DNA of 64,000 bases from Candidatus Latescibacterota bacterium (GCA_965208105.1 OZ242318.1:4192001-4256000), one strand, 5' to 3'; counted from the first letter of the stretch, positions 47,956-59,165 are shown. Notes: generated by a model not told the origin, from the sequence alone. Made by a program: numbers and translations.

Positions 47956-49323
47956 ATGCCGCCGATGGAAGGCTTCGACCACCAGGAAATCATAGAGCAG
48001 GACCGCGCCCATGTCTGGCACCCGATGATGCAGCACCAGCTTCTGAAGGAGCGGGACCTGCTGCTGGTTAACGAGGGCAGAGGAGTCCACATCGTGGACG
48101 GAAACGGCAAGTCCTACATAGACGCTATCGCAGGGATCTGGAACGTGACTCTGGGCTACGGGCGCGATGAAATCGCGGAGGCCGCCTTCGACCAGATGAA
48201 GAAACTGCCCTTCTCCTCACATGCCATGGTCAACGAGCCGGCAGCCCGGTTGTCCGCGCAACTCGCCCGGATCCTTCCCGGAGATCTGCAGCATACCTTC
48301 TTCATCAACAGCGGATCCGAGGCCGCGGAAACAGCGCTCAAGATCGCCCGCCAGTACGGCAGGCAGAAGTACCCCGGCGAGGGACGCTACAAGATCATCT
48401 CGCGCTATCAGGGCTATCACGGCTTTACCATGGGGGCCCTGTCGGCCACGGGGCAGGTGGGACGGCGCAACCGGTTCGAGCCCCTGGTCCCCGGATTTCT
48501 GCACGTGGACCCGCCTTACTGCTACCGCTGTCCCCTGAAGTTGGACTATCCCTCCTGCGGCGTGGCCTGTGCCGAAGAGATCGAGGAGGTCATCATCAGG
48601 GAAGGAGCGGGCACGGTCGCCGCGGTAATTGCCGAGCCTATAATCGGCGGCGGAGGCGTGCTCGTGCCCCCCGACGAGTATCTTCCCAAACTGCGCCGGA
48701 TCTGCGACCGTTATGGTATTCTGCTCATCCTCGACGAGGTGATCACAGGGTTCGGCCGCACCGGGAGACCTTTCGCTGCGGAGCACTGGGATGTGGTTCC
48801 CGACATAATGATAACAGCCAAGGGCGTGACCAGCGGCTACCTGCCCCTTGGGGCATGCACGGTTACTTCAGAGGTCTTCGAGGTCTTTATGGGGACACCG
48901 GGGGAGGAGCGGGAGTTCGCCCAGATTTCCACCTGCGGCGGCCATCCGGTATGCTGCGCAGCGGCCAGTGCCGCGGTCGGCATCCTCGTCCGCGAAAGGC
49001 TGTGGGAGAACGCCGCCACCGTGGGAGCCTATCTCCTGGAAAAGCTGCAGGCGCTCGAATCCCCCTTCCTTGGCGACGTGCGGGGGAAGGGAATGATGAT
49101 CGGGGTGGAACTTGTAGGCGCGGACGGAGAGATGCTCGACGCGGGACGCGCTGCGCTGGTGCAGGAGAAGATGAAGGAAGAGGGAATGCTGGTGGGGCGC
49201 ATGAGCCGCGCCATGGTAGGGCCCGAGAGCGTCTTCCTGGTGGCGCCCCCGCTGGTTCTGACCGAGGACGAGGCGGACAGCATTGTGGAGATTTTCCGCC
49301 TGGGCTTGGCGAGCATAGAGTAA
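47956..49323 (+). CDS. Aminotransferase class III (omega-amine transaminase)
   Basis: NSGSEAAE, YHGFT, AEPIIGGGG, DEVITGFGRTG, AKGVTSGYLPLG. Confidence 0.92.
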   Translation: MPPMEGFDHQEIIEQDRAHVWHPMMQHQLLKERDLLLVNEGRGVHIVDGNGKSYIDAIAGIWNVTLGYGRDEIAEAAFDQMKKLPFSSHAMVNEPAARLSAQLARILPGDLQHTFFINSGSEAAETALKIARQYGRQKYPGEGRYKIISRYQGYHGFTMGALSATGQVGRRNRFEPLVPGFLHVDPPYCYRCPLKLDYPSCGVACAEEIEEVIIREGAGTVAAVIAEPIIGGGGVLVPPDEYLPKLRRICDRYGILLILDEVITGFGRTGRPFAAEHWDVVPDIMITAKGVTSGYLPLGACTVTSEVFEVFMGTPGEEREFAQISTCGGHPVCCAAASAAVGILVRERLWENAATVGAYLLEKLQALESPFLGDVRGKGMMIGVELVGADGEMLDAGRAALVQEKMKEEGMLVGRMSRAMVGPESVFLVAPPLVLTEDEADSIVEIFRLGLASIE

Positions 49324-49357
49324 GACCCGCGCGGCGGGAACGATGCTGTCCCGTGGT

Positions 49358-50509
49358 TCATTCCCCTCCTCCCCCATTCGGCACGATGGTCGCTTTGACG
49401 CATCGCATGGCAAGGACGCTCTCGGTTGCTTCCTCGATACCCTCCTCGGTAAAGGGGAACCGGGTCTGCATGTCTCCCCATGGGTAGCGGTCCCGGGCGC
49501 GCTGCAGCATGTCGATCGCCAGGGGAATGTCGTTGGCGGTAAAGGCCCAGCTTCCCAGAAGATTGATGTCCTTGGCGCATATGCGGTGCCAGTTGGTGTC
49601 TATGGATCCTGCGTCGGTAAACTGGCCCATCTCCACATAGGTCCCGCCATCGCGCAGCATCTCGATTCCCTCCGGACCCGCTGAAGGATGTCCGCTGCAG
49701 TCGACAACCACGTCCGCTCCGAAACCGCCGACCCTGTCGCGCACCGCATCGATGCGCTCCTGCGCCGTATCGAAGGTCTCGATCGAAACCGTCTCCTCGG
49801 CTCCGAAGCGGCGGCAGAGGGCCAGACGAGGTTCTTCGGGAGCTCCCACCACCACCACCCGGCCGGCTCCCATCTCGCGCGCGGCGGCGACCATCAACAG
49901 TCCAATGGGGCCCGATCCCTGAACAACCACAGTGTCCCCGATCCGGAATCCCTGCACTCCAATTGCCCTGTTCAAGGCGCGGATGCAGGAGGTGAGCGGC
50001 TCTGAAAGCGACCCCAGCATCAGGGGCATGCTGTCCGGCAGGCGATAGATCTTGGTGGCCGGCAGCATCTCCAGGTCCACGTAGACCATTTCGGACCAGC
50101 CGCCCCACAAATGCGGCGGCTTCGAGAAGGGCAGGTATCGGCCGTAGTAGGTTGGATTCAGACAGCGGTTGGCATTTTGCGGGTAGTGCAGGCAGTAGTG
50201 GCACTCGCCGCAGGGCATCAGCGGCGGAAGCATGACCTTGGCTCCAACGCTCAAAGGATTGCCCATGAAGTCCGCTTCGAGTCCCGGCCCTTTTTCCTCG
50301 ATCACCCCGGCCAGTTCGTGTCCCAAGGTAAACGGCCAGGGCAGGGACCCGGGCCAATGGCCCCTGAGAATGTGCATATCCGTTCCGCAGACGCCGCAGG
50401 CATCGATTCGTATCAATGCCGCCTTGTGCGGAACGCGCGGCCGGGGCACGGTCCTGATCCTGGGCCTGGCCCCGGGGCCATCGAAAGTTGCGACGCGTAC
50501 GGTGGACAT
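49358..50509 (-). CDS. Zinc-binding alcohol dehydrogenase
   Basis: CGVCGTD, GHE, CGECHYC, GSGPIG. Confidence 0.92.
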   Translation of the reverse strand: MSTVRVATFDGPGARPRIRTVPRPRVPHKAALIRIDACGVCGTDMHILRGHWPGSLPWPFTLGHELAGVIEEKGPGLEADFMGNPLSVGAKVMLPPLMPCGECHYCLHYPQNANRCLNPTYYGRYLPFSKPPHLWGGWSEMVYVDLEMLPATKIYRLPDSMPLMLGSLSEPLTSCIRALNRAIGVQGFRIGDTVVVQGSGPIGLLMVAAAREMGAGRVVVVGAPEEPRLALCRRFGAEETVSIETFDTAQERIDAVRDRVGGFGADVVVDCSGHPSAGPEGIEMLRDGGTYVEMGQFTDAGSIDTNWHRICAKDINLLGSWAFTANDIPLAIDMLQRARDRYPWGDMQTRFPFTEEGIEEATESVLAMRCVKATIVPNGGGGE

Positions 50510-50548
50510 TGGCGATCTCGCTTTCAACGATCTCGAAAGAACGATTCC

Positions 50549-52552
50549 TCAGGACCTTCCCACAACCCTTCCGGCCTCCCGCCGGGCAAGCTCCAGCAGT
50601 TCCTCGCCCTCCACCAGATCGTCGACGGCGAACTCGGGCAGCCCCGCCTGCCTTGTGCCGAACAACTCGCCGGGCCCCCTCAATTCCAGATCCGTCCGGG
50701 CAATTTCGAAACCGTCGTGCGTCCGGCAAAGGGTGCGCAGCCGGTGGATCGCATCGGAGCCTTCCGCGCAATCTTTCCCGGTAATCAGAATGCAGTAGGA
50801 CTGCAGCGCACCCCTTCCGACCCGGCCTCGCAGCTGGTGCAACTGCGCCAGACCGAAGCGCTCGGCGGATTCGACGATCATCAGGGTGGCGTTGGGCACG
50901 TCTATCCCTACCTCGATTACGGTAGTACTGACCAACACCTGGACCTCTCCTTCCTTGAAGCCCTCCATCACGCCGCTCTTCTCGTCGGGCCTCATGCGGC
51001 CGTGCAGCAGTCCCACCTTGAATTCGCGCAGAAGACCGCTCTGCAGCTCGTCGCAGGCTTCGAGGGCAGACTTGAGATCGCGGTTTTCAGCCTCCTCCAC
51101 AACTGGATAGATCACGTAGGCCTGGCGGCCGCCGCGGATCTGGTCGGCAGCAAAAGCGAAGACCCGTTCGCGCCTGTCCACCCGGCGCAGGACCGTGCGC
51201 ACAGATTTGCGTCCGGGAGGAAGTTCGTCCACCACCGATACGTCCAGGTCGCCGTAGAGGGTCAGGGCAAGGGTGCGGGGAATCGGGGTGGCGGTCATGG
51301 TCAACACATCGGCCAGACGGCTCTTGCCCGAAAGCTCGGAGCGCTGCGCCACGCCAAAGCGATGCTGCTCGTCGACCACCACCAGGCCCAGGCGGGGGAA
51401 CTCGACCTCTTCCTGAATCAGTGCGTGGGTGCCGACGACGATGTCGGGGACACCGGTCCGCACGCCGTGCAGCAGCTCCCGGCGCAGGGCGGTCCCTTGC
51501 CTCCCGACCAACAGCACCACCTCGATCCCCAGGGGCTCCACCAGGGACCTGATATTCAAGAAGTGCTGCTCCGCCAGGATTTCCGTAGGGGCCATCAGTG
51601 CGGCCTGGCGGCCATTGTCCACGGCATTCAGCATCGCGCACAAGGCGACAATCGTCTTTCCCGTTCCCACATCTCCCTGCAGCAGCCGGCTCATCGGAAA
51701 GGGCTGGGCCATGTCCCGCAGAATTTCTTCGATTACCCGCTGCTGGGCATGAGTGAGGTCAAAGGGGAGGGATTTGACCAGGGCGGGCACCAGGCTTTCG
51801 CTCCTCTTGAAGACAATGCCCTCTCTCCCGGCGATGCGGTCGCGTCGCCGGCGCGCCAGCTTCAGTTGCTGGCGAAAGAACTCGTCGAATGCCAACCTCC
51901 TTCGCGACTGGATCACATCCTCCATGGACCGTGGGAAATGCACCCGGCGCAGGCTTTGCGCCAAGCCCGGGAGAGCAAGCCGCTCCCGGACATCCAACTC
52001 CAGCTCATCGCGTATTTCGTCCCCGAAGGTTTCCAGGGCTTCGAACATCAGGCGGCGGAAGGTACGGCTGCGCAGCCCCCTGTCCTTCATGTCGGCGCTG
52101 GTGGTGTACAGGGGCACGATCACCCCGGTGTGCAGGAGGTTTTGCTCCCCAGATTCGGAAACGAACTCGTACTCCGGATGCACCATCTGGCGACTGCCCT
52201 GATATCTTTCCACCCTGCCGCTCAGTGCCAGGACATCGCCTTCCTTGAAGTTGTGCCGCATATACCTCGCGCCGTGAAACCAGACACAGGCCATCTCTTC
52301 GCTGTCGTCTGCCACAATCAGGGTGAACCTGGGCCTCGGCCCGGGCACAAAGCGCCCCTGCCTGACCCTGCCGAGAAGGGTCACCTCCCGGTGCAGAGGC
52401 AGCTGGTCGATCGGAAGGATTCGACTTCGGTCCAGGTATCGCCGCGGCAGGTGGTAGAATAGGTCGCCCACGGTGCGGATTCCCGCTCCTCTCAGAGCGT
52501 CGCCGCGCTTGCTGCTGATACCTTTAATCTGCTCTATGGGGATGTCGAGCAT
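50549..52552 (-). CDS. recG: ATP-dependent DNA helicase RecG
   Basis: LLQGDVGTGKT, DEQHRFGV, MTATPIPRT, QLHQLRGRVGRG, DLELRGPGE. Confidence 0.97.
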   Translation of the reverse strand: MLDIPIEQIKGISSKRGDALRGAGIRTVGDLFYHLPRRYLDRSRILPIDQLPLHREVTLLGRVRQGRFVPGPRPRFTLIVADDSEEMACVWFHGARYMRHNFKEGDVLALSGRVERYQGSRQMVHPEYEFVSESGEQNLLHTGVIVPLYTTSADMKDRGLRSRTFRRLMFEALETFGDEIRDELELDVRERLALPGLAQSLRRVHFPRSMEDVIQSRRRLAFDEFFRQQLKLARRRRDRIAGREGIVFKRSESLVPALVKSLPFDLTHAQQRVIEEILRDMAQPFPMSRLLQGDVGTGKTIVALCAMLNAVDNGRQAALMAPTEILAEQHFLNIRSLVEPLGIEVVLLVGRQGTALRRELLHGVRTGVPDIVVGTHALIQEEVEFPRLGLVVVDEQHRFGVAQRSELSGKSRLADVLTMTATPIPRTLALTLYGDLDVSVVDELPPGRKSVRTVLRRVDRRERVFAFAADQIRGGRQAYVIYPVVEEAENRDLKSALEACDELQSGLLREFKVGLLHGRMRPDEKSGVMEGFKEGEVQVLVSTTVIEVGIDVPNATLMIVESAERFGLAQLHQLRGRVGRGALQSYCILITGKDCAEGSDAIHRLRTLCRTHDGFEIARTDLELRGPGELFGTRQAGLPEFAVDDLVEGEELLELARREAGRVVGRS

Positions 52553-52803
52553 GGCAGGAAAGGAAATTTTTGGAAGATCGATCCAATGCGATGATTTGAT
52601 TGCGAGAGCCCGAAAGATCCACCGGCCGAGGACGACGGCTTGAAGGTTGGCCCCCCTATGGGATCGGTCCAGATCCTGGGCTGAATCAGCAGGGCGGACC
52701 GGGAACAGTCCACGAACCCGTCATTCTTGACATCCACCATTTCCAGGACTACCTTCGGGCACCCTCAAAACTTCCTCCCCAAGACAGATTCACCAGGGAA
52801 TCC

Positions 52804-53280
52804 ATGGCTGCTCGTCCAAGCTTCTCGCAACACCTCCTGGGCCTTGCATCGCCGCATCGGCCGGCTTTCTTCTTCGCCTACGCAGGCATGTGGATACATC
52901 AACTCATCGGGGTCGGTCTGCTGGTATTCGTCGTCCATGTACCCATGCTCGAAGCCTTCGCCGCGCTTACCGTCGCCTCGTTCAGCATTGCCGTCCTGGT
53001 CTACGCCGTCCTGTCCCGCCAGCACAGCCTGCTGGTGAACGCGGTATCCTACGGCCTGAGCATGACCAGCGCCCTGTCACCCGGGACCTTGCACTTCGTC
53101 TTTCCGTTCCTCGCGGTCATAATCGCTCTGGTCTCGGGCTATTCCATGATGTCGCGGGAATACTGCCGCTATGCCGAAGAGGTCGGCGGGGGCCGGCAGG
53201 CGGGAATGCCGGTGTGGATAGGCATGCTCGTGGCGGTGGTCGTTATTTCTCTGTGCTTGCTCGGCCTGAGTATGTTGTAA
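52804..53280 (+). CDS. Hypothetical small membrane protein
   Basis: About 158 aa with 4-5 hydrophobic segments; fills the recG-mraY gap. Confidence 0.6.
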   Translation: MAARPSFSQHLLGLASPHRPAFFFAYAGMWIHQLIGVGLLVFVVHVPMLEAFAALTVASFSIAVLVYAVLSRQHSLLVNAVSYGLSMTSALSPGTLHFVFPFLAVIIALVSGYSMMSREYCRYAEEVGGGRQAGMPVWIGMLVAVVVISLCLLGLSML

Positions 53281-53311
53281 GGCAGGGCTTGTGCCGCCGA
53301 AGCCCTGTCGG

Positions 53312-54418
53312 TCAGCGGATTTTGAGTGTGGCCAGGCTGCACAGAGCCAGAATTCCCGCGATAATCCAGAAACGAATGACGATTTTGGTGTCGGCCAGGC
53401 CTCTAGCCTGAAAATGGTGATGGATAGGGGCCCTCTCGAAATAGCGCCGTCCCAGCCACTTAATCCCCATCTTCCCCTGAACCAGGACGGAAAGCGCCTC
53501 GCCTACGAAGATCCCCCCCACTATCAGGAAAAGGAATTCCTGCTTGACGAGCACGGCCGCGGTGCTGAGCAATCCTCCCAGGGCCATGGAACCGGTGTCT
53601 CCCATGATGACGTTTGCGGGGTAGGAATTGAACCAGAGGAAACCGAGGCAGGCTCCGAACACGATCGAGCAAACTATCGCCACCTCGCCGACCCCCGGCA
53701 TGAAAGGATAGATGAGAAATTCCGAAATTCCCGCGTGGCTGGACACATAGGCGAAGATTCCGAATACAGCCACCGCGAAGGATACGGGAACAACGGCGAG
53801 CCCATCGATGCCGTCCGCTATGTTGACGGAATTGGAGATGGCCACGACAGTGAAGATGATGAAGGGGATGTATCCCCAGGAAAGGTCCACAACGGGATTT
53901 TTGAAGAATGGTATGCAGAGCTGAGTGGCCAGCCCGGGTGGAAGGGGCGAGAGTTCTTCCACCACGTAAACCAGGCCCAGAAAGCCGGCGAAGGTACCCT
54001 GAAGGGCCAGTTTGGCGGCTTCGGACAATCCCCGGTCGCTGCTGCCGTGCCGCACCTTCAGGTGGTCGTCTATCCAGCCCAATGCCGCAAACCAGAGGAC
54101 CGCGCCAAGGCAGAGCAATACGAAGACGCTGTGCAGTTTGCACCAGAGCAGGACGCTCAGGAGCACGGCGGCCACGATCAATCCGCCGCCATGAGTCTTG
54201 ACCTGGTTGGCGCCGGAGGAAAAATCGGCGTACTGGCGAGGTGTGTCCCGCTGTCCGGCGCGGTAGAAGTGGAGAATTATGCGGCCGCCGAAGAGTATGG
54301 TGAAAAGCAACGCGGTTATGGCCCCGACGATGGCCCGGAAGCTGATCGAGTTGAGCAACCGCAGAAACGACAGCGCGTCCACAGTTTCGTACAAATATGC
54401 GCCTAGATAGTAGAACAT
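53312..54418 (-). CDS. mraY: Phospho-N-acetylmuramoyl-pentapeptide transferase, atypical
   Basis: WIDDHLK, SNSVNIADGIDGL, FNSYPANVIMGDTGS, APIHHHF, IVIRFWI. Confidence 0.88.
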   Translation of the reverse strand: MFYYLGAYLYETVDALSFLRLLNSISFRAIVGAITALLFTILFGGRIILHFYRAGQRDTPRQYADFSSGANQVKTHGGGLIVAAVLLSVLLWCKLHSVFVLLCLGAVLWFAALGWIDDHLKVRHGSSDRGLSEAAKLALQGTFAGFLGLVYVVEELSPLPPGLATQLCIPFFKNPVVDLSWGYIPFIIFTVVAISNSVNIADGIDGLAVVPVSFAVAVFGIFAYVSSHAGISEFLIYPFMPGVGEVAIVCSIVFGACLGFLWFNSYPANVIMGDTGSMALGGLLSTAAVLVKQEFLFLIVGGIFVGEALSVLVQGKMGIKWLGRRYFERAPIHHHFQARGLADTKIVIRFWIIAGILALCSLATLKIR

Positions 54419-54428
54419 TCCCGCATAC

Positions 54429-56462
54429 CTAGCGTTCGAGGGCTTTGCGCCTCCCGGATTTGTCCGCGGCGGCTCTGTCGATGAATTCGACCAGCTCGCG
54501 CAGGTTTTCCGCCAGCGGAAATCCAGGCTCGAAGTAAGGTGAACTGACCAGGATCTGGTCGGCCGCCGCCATGACTTCATCCGGGGTCAGGACCCCGCGT
54601 TGGACCAGAAGTTTGAGGGCGGTGGTTACTTCCTGGCGGAATTGCCAGTTGCCGTGCAGATAGAATCTCTCGAGGTGGCCCAGGATGCCGGGCCTCGTTC
54701 CGATGCGCCCCAGAGCGCGGATGGCCTGGATGACAACCCCGGGCGAGCGATCTCCCAGGGCCTTCAGCAGGGCCGCTTCGATGGGCTCACCGGTGTCGAA
54801 GAGTTGCCCCAGGGCCTTGGCGGCGGCAGCGCGTACTTCGAAGTAGGGATCGTTCTTGAGGGACTCCAGCAATGCCTCCTCGACTTCATCGTCGCCGGCT
54901 CCCAACATCCCGACGCCGAACTCGATGGCATTGCGCCGTAGAATTCCTCCATGGATGAAATCTCCTCCGAAGAGACGCTGGAGAACTCCCGCGCGTCTCC
55001 TGTCCCGCAGAATTTTCAAAAGCAGGGGCAGTCGTTTCTGGTATTTGAGGAGACCCGCCAGCTTTATCCCGACGTTGCGGCGTCCCAGGGGGATCTCGTA
55101 CCATCCATCGTCGACCAGCAGGCGGTCGGCCTGGTAGCACCAGTAGACCCACTCCTCCAGCTCCAGATTATCGATGCTGCCTGCTTCCTCGATGCGCTGC
55201 CGGACCCAGCCCAAAAGGGCATTCGGATCTCCGGGCAGCTCATTTGAAGGAAGGGGGAACTCCAGGCTGAGGGAGGAGGTCCGCCGGCCCTGGACCATCC
55301 TCTCGATTTCGCCCAGCATCAGTTGCAGGCTGTTCTTCAGGGGCACCGAGCTTGCGGCGGCGGCCATGGCGCGGCGCTTTTGTGGAGCGTCGAGAATCTC
55401 GAGAATTTCCCCGGCCAGGCGGCGGCCGTCCACCCCGCTGCGGACCCCGCCGTCTGACCAGAAGGCTTCCTGGTAAATTACCCGTGCAGCCCCGGAGCGC
55501 TCGAGTTCGCGGGCATTCAGCGCCTGGTGATCCTCCGAGGCCGTGGCCAGAGGCACGATAAGGGCGGGGAGTCCGCAGATGCAGATTTCGGTCAGCGTGC
55601 TTGCCCCGCCCCGGCAAACCACCAGGTCCGCAGCCGCATAGGCGTCCTGGATTTCCTCCATGTAGTCGAAGCGCCTGTACCACCCGGATATATCGCCCTT
55701 CAGACGCAGCTGCACAATGCGTCTCTCGGTGTCTCTGGGAGCATTGTAATCCGGACCGGCATAACGGCCCGTAATATGCAGGATCAGAAGGTCCGAACGA
55801 TCCTGTAGCAGTGGCAGGGCGTCGGTCACAGCCTCGTTGATCGCCCGGGCGCCCCCGGATCCGCCAAAGACCAGGACAACCTGCTTGTCCGCGGCGATTC
55901 CCAGTCGTTGCCGGGAAGCCCGGCGATCCAGGTTCAGCAGCTCGCGGCGCACCGGGTATCCGACCACCGCCACCCGCCTCATGTCGAACCAGCGGGCAGC
56001 CTGCTCGAAGGCCAGGCCGATGCGGTCCGCCAGCCGGCCCACCACCTGGTTCAGCATCCCGGGGAAGGCGTTGGGTTCGTAGATGAAGACCTTGGCCTTG
56101 GACAGTCCCAGTTTTCCCAGGAAGCCATGGGCGAACAGGGCCGGTGCGCTGGCATAGCCACCGGTTCCGATTATGACCTGGGGACGGAAGCGCAGCACCA
56201 GGAAAACGGCCTTCACCACCCCGAGGCCCAGGGCGAGGGCAAAGGCCAGCCAGGACCAGGGAGAAGAGGATCGAGGACAGGGACGGGAGTGGACAAATTG
56301 GATGGGATAGCCCCTACCAGGCACAACCCAGGACTCGAGTTTTTTCGCCAGTCCTATGTAGAGGAATTCGGCATCCGGCCGGTGACGTCTGATCTCGTCT
56401 GCAAGAGCCAGTGCCGGATAGACGTGGCCGCCGGTTCCTCCTCCGGTAAGCAGGTATTTCAT
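54429..56462 (-). CDS. murG: MurG-like GlcNAc transferase fused to a C-terminal HEAT-repeat region
   Basis: TGGGTGGHVYPA, GTGGYAS, GYPVR, FGGSGGA, RGGASTL, HQALNA; then DPYFEVRAAAAKALG and DRSPGVVIQAIRALG. Confidence 0.85.
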   Translation of the reverse strand: MKYLLTGGGTGGHVYPALALADEIRRHRPDAEFLYIGLAKKLESWVVPGRGYPIQFVHSRPCPRSSSPWSWLAFALALGLGVVKAVFLVLRFRPQVIIGTGGYASAPALFAHGFLGKLGLSKAKVFIYEPNAFPGMLNQVVGRLADRIGLAFEQAARWFDMRRVAVVGYPVRRELLNLDRRASRQRLGIAADKQVVLVFGGSGGARAINEAVTDALPLLQDRSDLLILHITGRYAGPDYNAPRDTERRIVQLRLKGDISGWYRRFDYMEEIQDAYAAADLVVCRGGASTLTEICICGLPALIVPLATASEDHQALNARELERSGAARVIYQEAFWSDGGVRSGVDGRRLAGEILEILDAPQKRRAMAAAASSVPLKNSLQLMLGEIERMVQGRRTSSLSLEFPLPSNELPGDPNALLGWVRQRIEEAGSIDNLELEEWVYWCYQADRLLVDDGWYEIPLGRRNVGIKLAGLLKYQKRLPLLLKILRDRRRAGVLQRLFGGDFIHGGILRRNAIEFGVGMLGAGDDEVEEALLESLKNDPYFEVRAAAAKALGQLFDTGEPIEAALLKALGDRSPGVVIQAIRALGRIGTRPGILGHLERFYLHGNWQFRQEVTTALKLLVQRGVLTPDEVMAAADQILVSSPYFEPGFPLAENLRELVEFIDRAAADKSGRRKALER

Positions 56463-56742
56463 CGAGGTACTCGCAGCAGCAGAGGAGATTCAGGGCTGTG
56501 CGGAAAGGCGGAAATCAATGTCAGGGGAATTGGATACAACTCATAGATACCTAAAAATCGGATGGCTGTCAATACGACCGAAAGTCCGGCCTTATGCCGC
56601 GGGACCCTTATATGCTATCTTTGGAGGGAAGCGGTCGATTCCGCTCCGGGGATTTGCCGGATGGCAGGACCCCGGGGAATCGTTTCGCGTGACATGGGGC
56701 GCCAGGCCGGCGCCCCGGACTACTCGGCATGAGATAGTGAAA

Positions 56743-58059
56743 ATGACTTCCTCCTCTTCCTATGACAGGCGCGCGGTTTTTGCCTGGTCCATGTACGACT
56801 TCGCCAATTCCTCCTTTACGACCCTGGTAGTGACCTTCATCTATGCCACCTACTTCACCAAGGCGATCGCCCCCGACGAACTCACCGGCACTACCATGTG
56901 GTCGAGAGGAGTGGCCATCGCGGCATTGGCAGTAGCCCTGCTCTCGCCCATCATGGGGGCCCTGGCCGACCACGGCGGATACCGCAAACTCTTTCTGTTC
57001 ATTGCTACCGCCGTCGCGGTGACGGGCTCGGCTTTTCTCTTCTCGGTCCAGCCGGGGCAGGTGATGCTCGCCCTTGTCTGGTTCGTCGTCGCAGACATTG
57101 CCTTTGAAATGGGGATCGTCTTCTACAACGCCTACCTGCCGGACATAGCTCCAGCTGAGAAGATCGGCCGCATCTCGGGTTACGGCTGGTCACTGGGATA
57201 CGTCGGCGGCCTGTTGGCCATGGCAATTGCCATGGTGGGCTTCGTCAATCCCGACGATCCCTGGTTCGGTCTCAGCCGTGAGTCCGGTGAGAACGTCCGG
57301 GCTACCAACCTGCTGGTGGCCGGGTGGTTCGCCCTATTCAGCATCCCGATTTTCCTCTGGGTCAAGGAGAAGAGACGGCCCTATGCACCTGGGAAGAACC
57401 CGGTGTCCGCCTCTTTCAACCAGTTGAGGGAGACCCTTGGAACGGTCAGACACTACCGCGAGATCGTCAAATTCCTGGTCGCCAGGCTGTTCTACAACGA
57501 CGGCCTGGTCACCCTCTTTGCCTTCGGGGGCATCTACGCGGCCGGAACTTTCGGCTTTTCCTTCGAGGAAATCATGGTTCTCGGCGTCGTGCTGAATATC
57601 GCCGCGGGCCTCGGTGCCTTCGCCCTGGGTTTCCTCGACGATCTGCTCGGGGGAAAAAGGACCATCCAGATCAGTCTCGTAGGCCTGATTCTGGCAGGAG
57701 TTGCAGCCATACTTACCGATGACAGGGCCATTTTCTGGGCGGCTGCCATCGTGATGGGAATTTTCTCCGGGCCCAACCAGGCCGCCAGCCGGTCTCTCAT
57801 GGGGCGCTTCGTGCCCCGCGGCAAGGAAAACGAATTCTTCGGCCTTTTTGCCTTCTCGGGGAAGGCCACGGCTTTTCTGGGACCCCTTCTTCTTGGCGAA
57901 CTGACCCGGGTTTTCGCCTCCCAGAGAGTGGGTATCGCCACCATACTGTTGTTCTTCCTCGCCGGCCTGCTGATCCTCCTCTACGTGGACGAAGCGGCCG
58001 GAATGGCGGCGGCCGACAGAGGTGATCAGGGACGTGAGGGGGAGAAATCCGGCGGGTAA
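56743..58059 (+). CDS. MFS transporter (UMF1-like)
   Basis: AWSMYDFANSSF, FYNAYLP, GRISGYGW, GPNQAASRSLM, EFFGLFAFSGK. Confidence 0.88.
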   Translation: MTSSSSYDRRAVFAWSMYDFANSSFTTLVVTFIYATYFTKAIAPDELTGTTMWSRGVAIAALAVALLSPIMGALADHGGYRKLFLFIATAVAVTGSAFLFSVQPGQVMLALVWFVVADIAFEMGIVFYNAYLPDIAPAEKIGRISGYGWSLGYVGGLLAMAIAMVGFVNPDDPWFGLSRESGENVRATNLLVAGWFALFSIPIFLWVKEKRRPYAPGKNPVSASFNQLRETLGTVRHYREIVKFLVARLFYNDGLVTLFAFGGIYAAGTFGFSFEEIMVLGVVLNIAAGLGAFALGFLDDLLGGKRTIQISLVGLILAGVAAILTDDRAIFWAAAIVMGIFSGPNQAASRSLMGRFVPRGKENEFFGLFAFSGKATAFLGPLLLGELTRVFASQRVGIATILLFFLAGLLILLYVDEAAGMAAADRGDQGREGEKSGG

Positions 58060-58061
58060 TT

Positions 58062-59165
58062 TCAGGCATCCACCTCGCCAGGCCTCAGTCCCATGGGCAG
58101 CGGTGCCGGCCGGGAGCAGGTGCTCTCCAGGTCGATGTGTCTTCCCTGCTCGGAAGCTTCGTGGAAGGAGTGCATGAGATCCAGGACGTGGTAGGTCAAC
58201 TCGCCGGTGGCCCGGTGCTCACGGCCCGAGCGCAGGGCACTGGCCAGGTCGGCCACGCCGATACTCCGGCTGTTTTCGATGTATCCGTGGCTGAGTGGCA
58301 TCTCTTCCCAGGAGTCGGCGCGCTTGATGAGCACGGGTCCGCCGAAGCTGTTGGGATCGGGTACCCCCAGGGTACCTTCGGTACCGTAGACCTCGATGCG
58401 CGGCAACTGGCCTCCCCACACGTCGAAGCTGGTGATGATGGTGCCGATGGCTCCGGCGGCAAAGTCCATCAGGCCGGCGATGTGGGTGGGTATCTCCACC
58501 TGGATTTTCTCCCCGTACCTGGGCTCGCTGGTGATCGTTCGTTCTGCGAAGGTGCGGCGGGCGGCCCCGGTGACCCGGCGCACCGGGCCGAGGAGGGCCA
58601 GCAGGGCTGTCAGGTAGTATGGCCCCATGTCGAACATGGGGCCTCCGCCCGGCTGGTAGAAAAAGGCTGGATCGGGATGCCAGCGCTCGTGGCCTCGGCC
58701 CATCATGAAGGCCGTGGCCGCCACGGGTTCGCCGATCCATCCGTCGTCGATCACCTTGCGGCAGGTCTGCAGCCCTCCCCCCAGGAAGGTGTCCGGAGCC
58801 CCGCCGATGCGAACTCCCTTCCGACGGGCCAGCTCGATCATCTTTTGCCCCTCTTCGCGGGTGACGGCCAGAGGCTTTTCGTTGTACACGCTTTTGCCGG
58901 CCTCGAGGGCGGCGAGGCCGATGTCGGCGTGTGCTTTCGGAACGGTGAGATTGACCACCACCTCGATCTCCGGGTCCTCGAGCATTTCCTCAACCGTGCA
59001 GGCGCGGGCCACGCCGAACTCCCCGGCCTGCGCCCTTGCCCGCTCGGCCACCAGGTCGGCGCAGGCAACCACCTCGAGGATATCGAAGGTCCCGGCAATC
59101 CTGAAATAGGTGCTGCTGATGCTGCCGCAGCCGACGATGCCGATTTTAACAGGAGACCTGGTCAT
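58062..59165 (-). CDS. Gfo/Idh/MocA oxidoreductase
   Basis: [33 protein letters not shown]. Confidence 0.92.
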   Translation of the reverse strand: MTRSPVKIGIVGCGSISSTYFRIAGTFDILEVVACADLVAERARAQAGEFGVARACTVEEMLEDPEIEVVVNLTVPKAHADIGLAALEAGKSVYNEKPLAVTREEGQKMIELARRKGVRIGGAPDTFLGGGLQTCRKVIDDGWIGEPVAATAFMMGRGHERWHPDPAFFYQPGGGPMFDMGPYYLTALLALLGPVRRVTGAARRTFAERTITSEPRYGEKIQVEIPTHIAGLMDFAAGAIGTIITSFDVWGGQLPRIEVYGTEGTLGVPDPNSFGGPVLIKRADSWEEMPLSHGYIENSRSIGVADLASALRSGREHRATGELTYHVLDLMHSFHEASEQGRHIDLESTCSRPAPLPMGLRPGEVDA

